64,000 nt of DNA from Tubiluchus corallicola (lineage: Eukaryota; Animalia; Priapulida), in contig JAQGDQ010000225.1 in assembly GCA_030141605.1 (NCBI GenBank), positions 1-64,000 of the forward strand, written 5' to 3'. Under the pieces are notes generated by a model. That model saw only the letters and a program-made list of their open reading frames with translations, was not told the DNA's origin and made no database searches. The number at the start of each line of letters is the position of its first letter. Position 1 is the first letter of the stretch. Shown here piece after piece: positions 27,901 to 39,900 of the stretch. Position numbers and translations under genes: made by a program.

Positions 27901-30900
27901 ACCGGCAACTAAAATGCAAATGAGGTGAACGCAGCAATTAACCTTGTAACATAAGTGAGTTTTATCAGCTGAAACTCTTGCACTTCATCAAGAGGAATTT
28001 TATCTAAGTGGGAAAGCAATGAATCATTGTGGCCTGCCTAGCTATGTCTGATCGCCTGCTGTCAGTTTATTGTCGTACGATCATCTGGGTTAAGTAATGG
28101 GCTTCTTTATAGAACACCAGCACAGTAAATTGGATTTTAGTGCTTAAAAAACAGTTAATGTTAAAACGAAATGTCTTTAAGCAGGGAGTCATTAAGCAAG
28201 AACTAGTAAAGCCAGTTACTGCATGGGGCCTTTCATTATCATGTCATATTTGATTTTTCAGATGGCGCAAGTAGCCGGCTGTCAGAAGATTGTACTTGTT
28301 GTCTAGTTCAAGGACTGTCACTGTTTGAAAGTGAACTCGCACAGCTCAAAAATGGAACTACTAATCTGCGGTTTACAACTTATTTGACTAACATTGATTT
28401 GAGGAAAAACATTCTTAAGCTGTGTAAACTGCTGTATGGGAAAACTCAAGGGAATGACATAGAGCCCGACAAAATAAAGAAACTTTTGATTATGAGAGCA
28501 AAAGAAATTGATGCATTTACGATAATGTGTGCCCACGTCAGTGTGTTAAAACAGTTTTGTGAAAGTGACAACCTCCTAGCTGGTACTAAGTTAACTTTAT
28601 TTCTATTTGTTCTAGTAATTTTATGGTGTTTTTCCTTCTGTTTGTATATTTTTTCCACTTAGTTTTATTTTAGCAGTAACTATAAACTGATTTTGATATT
28701 GTTTTTAAATTATTTACAACAAGAACAGTATCTGTTTCATAAACAACCCACTATATGATTGCTGGTGTGCAGTTTTGGATTTTTTTGGTAAAAATATGAT
28801 AACAAGCATGTTGTTTATGAAACAAGTAAACTATATTATTTTTGTGATTTTTGCCGGTAAAATATTCAGAAATTAAAGCATGTCAAAGCTTGATAGAAAA
28901 CCTGTTAGATTTGTTCAACAATTTGACCGTTAGTAATTTTTTGATAGTTGTAATATAAATTACAAACAAAAGGCAGATTGCTGCTGGCAATGCTGATTAT
29001 ATTTGTTCTTTTATCGTGCTCACCCTTTTTTAGCTGTCTTCATCAAGTGTTTTAACAAATTGTAGCTTTTTGAAACTAAACATGAAAAATGACTAATAAA
29101 AGCTGTGTACCACAGTTACTAAAATGACTGCATCCTTTTCAGCTGCAGTAGAAGAAATTACCAAGTCTTTGGAGAAAAATCATAACGAGTTACCACTAAC
29201 TGACATATGTAATGTTGCACCTTTGAATGAGGCTGAGAAACCACCAGTCATCTGCTATTTTGACCACGTTTTACCAGAATGTGTACGCAATTCACAGTAA
29301 GTTGCTAAACTTACATTCTGTCACTTGATATTCTACTAGCTAGGCCTATAACGGTATATCCATGTATCGATGCATCGTGATATCTTTTATTACGGTATGC
29401 GTGTCGCCAAAGTAAACCTGTATCATGATAATTTGAGTCAGTGATATTTGGCAAATAAAGTGAAGTAATTGAATATGTAGAGTGTACTGTAGATATGTAA
29501 CAACCATTGCTGTGAAAAGTAGTTGACTTAACACAGTCACTGCTTGCAGGCAAAACAGTTGAAAATGCAAGTTGTTTAATCTGTACTAGGCTAGTTACGT
29601 TGTTTACACATAAATCTGTGAAATGCCAAAAGTGAACCAAAAAATGCACAGGCAACATTTAAAGCTAAAGTATTGATATGTTTTTCTTTCTGGTGGTTTA
29701 CAGTGCAAACAATTGCCTACACATTACGTAAATGATAAATAAAAATGAAACAGTTTGTTGAGTTACTTTAGCATTTATCAATCCTAAAACTGTTGAGTGA
29801 TAAAATATGTTTAGCATTTATTATAAACAGCTTTATCTAGTTTTTTTATAAAACCTGCAACTCGATTTATTAATGTTAACTCGGGTGTATTGTGATACAT
29901 ATCATTACAGCCTTAGTGTTAGTTGCCACTAGTGACAGTCCTATTTATTTTACTTAATCTTAGTTGCATCTAATGTCTATTATGTTTTCGTCCTTCGTCG
30001 TCATAATTAGCAATGCACTTTTAACGGTTGTTTGAAATTGCTTGAAATTTCTGATTTGTATGCTTGCCTACAACAACGTTTATAAGTCTGCAATTAAGCT
30101 TTTCTAGTTATTCACGTATCCTGAATCTGTATTTCATAAGAAGCATTTTTATAACAAGCGCATCGCTTTATGTTATTTATAAACTGAGATAATCCACGTT
30201 GAAGTTGTGATGCTCTCTACGCACTGAAAAACATAATCTTGAGAAAATTGTTGTTAAAGTTTGCTCTTGTTTTCTGTCTTGCGTCTACAAAAACACTTAG
30301 GAACCACACAAAAGGACTTTGTCAAAGGTGCATTGAAGGTATGTTTAAATCCAGTAGATGGCTCTCACAGATGAAGATCTGGGCTTGACAAACAGAAAAG
30401 ACCGCAAGCAAAATGAGTGGCTGCTTCCACGAGCTACTATCAGATTTTGAAAATAAAAATTTTTCACACTCGCAATACTAATTTTTAGGCAGAGAAGTCA
30501 GCAAGGAGTTATGAAATTACATTTTTCTATTTTTTAAATAATTTCTGGATGATTTGATGCTAGAATATGCTTGGTATTTGTCTTTGTAAAAAAAGGAACA
30601 ATTGATATTTGACCCAATTTTTGATACATTCTGCTTTGAGGCATCATAATGCAGTTTTAACTGTGCCGACTTGTGGACGGTTTTAGTTTTCAAGCTCACA
30701 ATTACTTTACAGCTTGATTTGCTTACTTGAAATTCTGTTGCTTCATTTTATTTTATTTGACTTTATAACAAGCATGTGTCACTCGTAATTTTAATATCTC
30801 CAATGAATAAGCATGTTTTGACTTAGTGGCCTCTTTCGGCCTTTTGCCATCTCTTTTCCACATTTTTTAAACAGCTTAATATTGTACAAATTTATGGCCA

Positions 30901-33900
30901 TGCTGGAATAAACTATATCTGAATCTGAATCCTGTTCACTGCCAGTTATGCTGCAAGCATTTTATAGTTATTATGGTCCTGCTTTTTTTGCAGAATGCTT
31001 CCCGAACTGCAAAAGCTTAATCGTGACTCCCGCACGCTGTTTACACGTGAGTGGAATCGAGCAGTGGATGCATTTCGAAAGAATGTTAGTGGCGATGTAA
31101 ATTTGAAGGCTGTCTACAATAACGTGTGGCTTCCTTCAATCCATAGGTAAGACAAAAATTCCCTTGTTTGAAAACTGATTATATTACAAACCAGGGGGTT
31201 TTATAACTTTGTATCACTCGCTACTACCAGTCAAGTTTTGAAAATATTTATCATACTTCTGTTCGTAGAGACAGCTTCTGCAAATGAACCAGCAAAAATG
31301 ACATAAAAAGTATCAGTATCACATCAGCCACCTCTCACATCATCTCACATCAGCTCGATAATGTAACTAGTTGCGAATGACAGTGTAGAACAGAAACTAT
31401 ACAGTCGTAGCTCCTCACCATTTTTATCTTCTTTTCCATATTGTTTACAGAAATAAAGTGACAATTATTATATTTTAGGTGGAATGCCATTGAATCGCAA
31501 CTTGTTGACGGAAGCATCAGTTTTAGCGAAGTTGATGAAATCCTTGCAATGTATGAAGGTAGTAACCAAGACGCCTTGAAGGTATTGAAGTCAGAATTGA
31601 ATCGATTACGCCAAAATTCAAAATGGGTGGATGCACGTATAAAACAGATTAAACAGTATCGCTCACTTCAGTCAGCCACCGAGGCAGCAAGGACAATGAA
31701 AGATCTGAAGGAAATGCTGAAATTGAAAAAGGGTTTTGAAGCTGTTGAAGTAGTTTTATACAGCGTAAGTAACTCTTACAAACTTACACCGCATCTCTAA
31801 CATCATACTGAAGTAGTTTGAGCTTACTTATTTGGCTGTTCTATTTAGGTATCAAATATCTAAATGAATTGTGGCAAAATTTAGAATGACATTGATGACT
31901 TACAGACAAGGTTTTGTTTCCCAAAACATTTTGGGACAAAAGTTTGGCTTGCTTTTTAGATGTAGTCTGTGAAAAGAATTTTCATCGGACTTGTAATAGA
32001 AGGTTGCATTTCAAAACAGTGCCTTGGTTTATGGGATTTGTATTGAGTTCAGTTACCCATCAAATTGGTAATTAATCACTGCTTTGAATAAATCCATTCT
32101 ATTTTTAGGAAAACTTTAAGTCTCAGCCGCTCAAATCTGTGTCAGAACTGGTCATAAGTGAAAGCAACGATTTGAAGACGATCACTATGGAAGAAATAAG
32201 TGTCCTCCGAGAATTTATGAAATGTGCACCCCTAATTTCGTGGCTAAAGGAAAACATTAGTGGTCAGTTTTTCAAAGTTGTGCAGCTTTTAGTCACTCTT
32301 AATAGTTATATTTAGCCGTGCACTTTTTACTTTCTTCGCTTTTATCTACGTCAGTTTTCTGTGATAACATGATAAAATCTTTGACCAGAATCTGTAAATG
32401 GCAGATTTTCACTTGTTGCTGTGAATAATTTTAATAATGAAACGTTAATGGAATGCATATTTCAGACCTGAGAGAACTGAAAGTATTGGTAGATTTAGCT
32501 AGCATCACAGCAGGCGACAGTGTAGAAGATCTGCATAAAGTTTCCTGTCTGTACGATTCTGTGACTGGATTTGCTCCACTCATCTATCAACTCCAAGAAA
32601 CTGACGGTTTTCAGGAGTTACTTAAAAAATGCAAAGCTGTTTGGCAATCCCTGAAATCAAGTCCTAAACTTCCTGACAAATTGGTAACGAAATATGTTTT
32701 ATACACTATAGCTGGCTTATAGACCATGATTTGAGTAACAGAAATTTGATAAAAGAAAGAAATTGTGTGCTTGCATGCATTTGTGCCCGGAATTGGCAGT
32801 TAAGTTTTTTTAGTTCTTCACATGTCCTGAATCTCTAATTCTTGAAGATCATTTTTATACCAATTTCAGTGCTCTGTGTTATATCTAACCTGAGATAATT
32901 CACATTAAAGCTCAGGTGCAGGTTGCACACTAAAAACAATCTTGAGAAAATTGTCGTTAAAATTTGCCATTGTTTTTTGTCGCGCTTCTACAAAAACCTT
33001 TAGCAGCCATATGAAGAGTGGTTGCTACGAACCTTGCAAGAGCAGATTGAGGTTACATTTAAATCCTGTAGATGGCTCTTTCAAAAGAAGATCTTGGCTT
33101 GGCAACAGAAAAAACCGTAAGCAAAATGACAGCTTCCACGAGCTACTATCAGAGTTTGAAAATACAAGATTTTGACAATTGCAGTACTAGTTTTAGGCAG
33201 AGAACTAAGTAAGGAGTTGTAAAATTAAATTTTAAGTATTTTCTGACATTTTGATGCTAGAACATAAAGAAGTCCAATATATTTAGCATTTGTCTTTTTA
33301 AAAAGCAAAAAAATGATATTTGAGCCAATTTTTGATGCGTTCTACTTTGAAGGATCATAACACTGTTTTAACTATACTGACTTGTGGGCAATTTTAGTTT
33401 GCCAGCACACATTTACTTTTTTCAGGTCTCTTCCCATACATCTTTTTAGAATTGAAGTGTAATTTTAATCTAAGAACTTATTACAATACAAATGTGTTTG
33501 TTTGACAAGACTTAGTGTCTCCCCTGCTGTTTCTAAGTCAACGTGGTTTATTGCTAGGTGGACATAAACAGAAACCTCGAATGGCTGACGAGAGTGAAAG
33601 AATCCCATGGCTCTGTAGAAAAGTCATCCTTAACACAAGCAGAGCTCATTAACAATTACGGAGTGTACGAGATAGGACGTAAAGATGGTGGACGTAAACA
33701 CGATGCAAAGGTAACCTTTTTATACAGTTTCATGTTCAAATTTGTATAGGTGGACAATAAATTCTGAGAATGCACATCCATATGTAGAGACAGTAATCAT
33801 TCAGAGGCGTAGCAAGGGTAGGGCAACATGGGGCAGTTGTTCTCGGGCGCAAGGGTGAGAGGGCGCAAAATTCTTCTAGAGTTTAATGACTGTTAATTAT

Positions 33901-36900
33901 TATTTATTAATCCGCCCTTGGTAATTACCAAAAGTTCTCAAACTGCAGCAAGTTGCTTAGTCAGAGATCATTATAGCTGACTTAATTACTACGTACAGCC
34001 TAAAAAAAACTAATGTTGTTATTTTTACTTAAAGGCATGTGTAGGGTGGCGCGTGGCTTAGCAGTTCGATAATTTTGGCAGGAAACAGTGACGGTATTCT
34101 CTTTAATATTAAAAGGGTAGGGCACCAGAAGTTTTTTGTCCCTGGGTGGCACAAGTATTTGCTCTGCCACTATAATCATTTTTCTATGATTGCATTTGAT
34201 ATCTTGTTCATCAGTCAAAAATGTTTAGTCTATTCTTGTCACAACGACTGCACAATATTTTTTAATAAAGGAAATATTTATGATTGCTGGACTATGATTA
34301 AGTTTGAGTTTCACTTTCAGTTTTGAATCTGCTGTGATCAAGTTTAAATGTCTGACACAATGAAAATCAGCACAGCACAGACATTTAAACAGAACACACA
34401 GGTAATAATTTTACATTTTACAGACTAAGTATAATCACCTGTCCTCAAATGCTTAATGTTATTTTTCTTCTAGAGTCTTGATTCAGTTTTGAGGCTAAGA
34501 ATAGTAAAAGAATCTGACGACAGTCATGAAAAAGAGCTTTCGTATGCAGAACTTAATACTTTGAGAAGCAAATTGGTCCTGGTTGCGGGTATGGCGGAGA
34601 AAGGCAAAAAGGAAGTAGATCGGTTTTTAGAGGTATGTATTTTATTGAAAATGGAAGGATAATTGCTGCTTAAAATGACTTTTCAATTTTCAATAGTTGG
34701 TAACATAAGTTAAGAATATAGTAAGATAAGATAAAAAGATAAGAATATTTTTTCACAATGTGTAACAGTGAAAGAGTTAAATTTCAACTATTAAAAAATT
34801 AGGCAAACTACTGAAAAATGTGGTCTCTTATTAAATGGCGCACTGGTTTTGTTAACCAGCAAATTTTCTTTAACGATATTTAGCACGGTTAATTCTGGAC
34901 CGTGCTAAAATTATTCTAAATGCTGCCTTCTTCATTAGGCTGCAACTATAGTATTATAACTACAAACCCTTTTCCTTGCTGAGTCCCACGGTCAAATTTT
35001 CTTATTTAATCCCTGTAGCTAACTGAATTAATAACAAATTTATTTTCTTTACAATTGTATGTGTTGTTACAGGTTCTAGATGGAAGTATTAGACTGGCTT
35101 CAGCCTATATTAAACTGTGCATGTCAGGCAATATTCTTTTCCATGACTGGAATATTAAGATATATTGCTCTGACAGTTCACCTTTTCACATAGTAGTAAA
35201 GTTTGCACTCAGTTCCAAGTCTCACCTACGAGCTTGTCAGTCAGCCGGCAGCAGCGTCTTGACGGAAATAAAGGAGATTTGCAGTTTCTTAGATATTTGC
35301 ATTGAAGACTGGAATCGAGAAGTAAACCAGTGCAGAAAATCTTATCATCATCTTAACCACTTTTCTGCACAACAGCTTGTGCTACTTTCTGGTACTCTTG
35401 CAAAATGCAGCATAACGCAACCGTTGCCACTGGCCACTCGTCAGTTGTTAGCGTGTATAGATTCTAATGTTACAAGTGGAGACGTAGTGAAGGCCATGGA
35501 TGATGCGACAATGCAGCTTAAACATCTTAACATGAGGTAAGAACCATGAAAATAAGGAATTTTCTTACAGCAGATTCAACACTCAAGTTTATTAAGTAGA
35601 CTACTTAAGGTACACAGGTATTTTGTAATATCAGTAACACGCCCTGTTAGCTTGTAGTTCTCATAGTTTACTAAATGGAAATTATTATATCTTGCACAAA
35701 AATAGTAAATATCGCATTACCCCTGTTTCCACAAGTGCAGTTTAAGTGCAACTCACATAAATTTCCTTGTTTTGACTCTTTTACTGTTTAGTTTTACCTT
35801 TTTTTAATGTCTGCAATTGTAATTATGATACTTTACTGTACAGTGCTATTGAATTAAAGTACTTTCTTGAAAGTGCACTCTATAAAGCATATTTTGTTAT
35901 TTTGCCTTTTTGTTTTTCTGTACCTTTCAGTAGGGGTCCAGCTTCGAACAAGTTTCAACGTGCTACTTTAGTTTCATTATCCATTATCCATTTTGTGAGC
36001 ACTAAGTGAGCTTAAATAGCTGATAAGAAATAGCTATTTCTCTGACTATAGTTTGTACAAGTTCTGTAACTAAGCTATTTGTTTTAAAAATTTTTGTTTG
36101 CGGAGGATTTCTTTTTCTTCAAGTGAAGACACATCTGCTGTTGACCGAGTGCAACAGGAAGATGCATTTATAGAGAAGCTACAACAGGCTGGATTTTCTG
36201 AGATCGTTGCCAGAGCAGCTCTCCAAGATGGCTGCAGCCCTGAAGATATTGCAGAAGGTACCAATAGTCATATATCAATTTTTTTTATTATCAAATTTAT
36301 CGATATTTTTAAAGCTTTTTTTCGTTAAATATTCCTAATACTTTTTGTTTGTCACACTGTTAGGCATAACTTGGTGCTTAGAAAATGGTGACATGGAAGT
36401 AATGAAAGCAAGCAACAAATTTAGAATAGAAAGTGACGCAGCCGCTCATGGAATGAAGAGCTTACTTGGAGAATGTAATTTAGAAGTGGTAACTGACGAG
36501 ATTCTTGAAAATCTTGATGAGTCGAGCAAGCTAGGTGCAAGACTACAGATTCTCTGGCAAGATTACCTACAGCATGTTTCAAGCCAGAGTAGCAAAGACT
36601 TCTTGTCATTGAAACATTTGGGATGTGTTCTTGACAACCTGGCAAAACGAAGTGAGGATTCTTTTATAACAGACTCGTTGTTTACAATGTATATGAAAAC
36701 TTTATTGATATGAAAAAAATTAAAAAATTTGGTTTATTTACTTCAGAAAAATTCACATAAGTGCTTGTAGAATGATAACTTTGCTAACACTTGAAGCTAC
36801 TTGTTAAAACTTGGATTTCTTTAACTGCCCACTTTTAAACACTCGTATATTTTTCTGAAAGTGTGCTAAATGTACAGGATCTTTTCAAGCCCTACAAATG

Positions 36901-39900
36901 CCACTGTAGTTTTGTTTGTAGTGATAATTGCTAGGCAAAAATTCAAATTTGTGAAAACTGGTTCCATATTTAAACAAAACAAAGTGCACAGCAGTCAGCT
37001 TTCAAGTTTCAGCTAATATCTCTTCTGCATTGAAACAACTAATACAGTACTTATTTGTACACAATAAAAAAATGCAGTATGCATTATACAGAATTTGGCT
37101 ATCAGCTATACTTTTGTAACTAGAAGTAAATGAGAAATGACCTTTTTTGGGCGTATTGCGAAAAGAATCTTACAGAATGGGAAATCCTTTTGCCGCATTT
37201 GTTTGTTTGGTGATTAGACAGGCTCTGTCATGTGATTTTAAAATGTTATCTACATTATTTATAAGGATATATGAAGTTATACACATTTGTTTACTTAAGT
37301 GGCATTTATGTAGCATCCGGATAAGGATGCATTTTCCACCTGCGGAAAGAATCAGTAGCTGTAGGAAAAGAATAACGCATAATGCAGGCTGCATAAACGG
37401 GTGCGTTGAAAACCATATAAACCAATTTTAGCTATTCCTCACCCCCAAAATGCATCCGCATCTGGATGTTATGTAAACACCACTTTAGGCTGATAGGTCT
37501 TCAACAAAGTACAGAAAGGTCGCTTTGAAATAAATTTGTATTAATTGTAAAATTTAGTTGCCATTTCTAGTTTCATGACTTCAATTGTTACATCTACAAA
37601 ACAGTTTTTAGATGTAACATATTTGTATTGTTTTCATATGTTTGTTATACAGTGTACTCTCAATTTACACACCTGACAGGTAGCCGTATCTCACTCTTTT
37701 CGGTTGTCAGTACAGGCTCAGCTGGAGGGTAGCATAGTCAATGAAAAGTGCACTGTATGTTACAGGATGTCATTTGTGAAGTAATTTATTTGCTGCTAAA
37801 CTTATTTGCTCTTTTAGGAGATGTTGGTTTGGAGAGAGTCTGGCCTTGCTACCTAAAAATTGGACAGCCAAACCTTTTTGTCTGTCCTCAAGGTATGTGA
37901 TGTTTTAAGAGAGTAATTTAAGTATTAAGTATTTAAGTATTAAGTATGCTAATGCAGATTAATATTTGGCTTCTTTCATGTTCTTGCAAGTAATAAACAA
38001 CTAAGTAATATTTCCTAAGCTTTTTACTTGGCAAACATTTTGGAACAAAATTTTGTTGCTTCTGATTTGTCTGATCTTGACTTGATAGGCATTTCTTACT
38101 AAAATACTTCTCATTATGTTTTTGACTTGCTTTATAGTGGACTTGCTTAGTGCAGTGCTGTCAGTCTACATGTGTGATAAGGAAAAACCATTACCAGATA
38201 CTGATGAAGTACTTTTGTGTACACCAGATACTAGTTTAGAAGAGGTAATTTTGCTTTGTTACATTATAGTAGTTGGGAAGTACAGAATTTCTTATTCCAT
38301 CAAACTGTGCCTTACAGTAATAAAATTTGTGAAGGTGATTTGGTTCTTTGTTTAACACCATGTGTACCTTCATACAGAATAAAATATTTCGATTTATAAT
38401 GCACTTTTGTTGGCAATGTGCATTCTCTTTGCAGAAATGATTGTTGTGGTGTTAGTACAAATTAAGGCTGAGACGGTTAGCCATTTAAATATTACTTAGC
38501 CAAGTTTTCTACGTATCCATATTAATAAAACCTTGTATCTTTTCTGAGTTGTGTACACAGCAAGCAATGTCCCACTTACATGAAATTGTACTCTTTACAA
38601 CATTGTTTCAATTAATCTAGTTTCCTAAGAAGCATCTAAATGGTAAATTGCAGAGAGTTTTTCACTCTCCTATGTTAGACATGCCACCATGTTGAGACAT
38701 TCTTGCTGGTGCATCTAGATTTGAAGCTCACTGCTTACTTGTGCAAGGAATGAATGAACAAATGCATGACGTCACCAGGAATGGTTAAATGGTCAACCAG
38801 CTGCAATTAATAATGTTTAAACTGTTAATTAAGAAGCTTAATCATCTGTGCCCTAATACAAATAAACAAGTCGTATTGAAAACCTTTTTTTCAAGATTCA
38901 GCTTCTACTGTGGAGAGCAATAGGAGATAAAACAGGACGTATTTACAGTCTTGTTGGCATTGATGTTGTTGCGTATGATGTCAGTGAGAGGGCTCTAGAG
39001 TCCCTAGAATCGCTGCGACATGAAACAACAAGTAAGCATTTTAAATACTGTCAATAACTGTGTCAATAAAGCTCTCATCTTAATTCATGTGTAATCAGAG
39101 TGTTAAAATTATTCATATTCAGAGCCGGATGCTAGGAAGTACGGGGTGCAATCAGAAAATTGTTAGTGAGGCCGTCCACCTTATGAAAGCTGAAGATTGA
39201 TGTTTTATGCTTTGAGCAGTACACCAGTCTCAGCCCAAAGGACATTGAGGGCTTGAGGTTCTGCTATTAATAACAATGATATACTAAAAATTGAAAGCCA
39301 ATGTGAAAGTTTTCACATTTTGTTACTGCAAGTCAAGATAATTACTAACACTTTTTGTGCATACTGCATAAGCCTTTCCTGACTTTTTTATATAAGAAAT
39401 ATTTTCAAATCATTTCAAAGTCAATGGTTTTTGTATATTCTATACATAGCATTGCTTATAATGATCTGACTAATGCATATAAGGCTCGCCAATTAGCCTT
39501 TTTTAAAAAGGTAACCGGCGACAATAAACCGAAATTACGAAATTAAGAAACACACCATCAGCAAAAAAACATTGAAACATAGATATACGAGGACGCACCA
39601 AATAGTGTTACTGCCTTCCCAGTTTCAAGAAACTTTGTGCGCATTGGACAATCATAAATTCATCATAGTGACCTGCACCTGAGCATGTGCACCGGGCACA
39701 TTCTTGGCACGGCCTACAGTTTGAACTAATCTGTCTAATTACCTTAAAACTGGCCCTGTTCATATGGATTGTTTTAACAGTTAATGAAACTCATTTGTAA
39801 TCATGTTGTTATGTCAAAATTTCTATTTATTTTGCACAGTATTTGGCTATGAACTTGTGTTCTGAAATTTTGCTACCTGAAGTTGTTTCATTATTTCAGG

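Noticed and set aside
34879-34909. 11-bp perfect hairpin TTTAGCACGGT...ACCGTGCTAAA
   Set aside because: Isolated intronic hairpin with no element ends or ncRNA context to support a call
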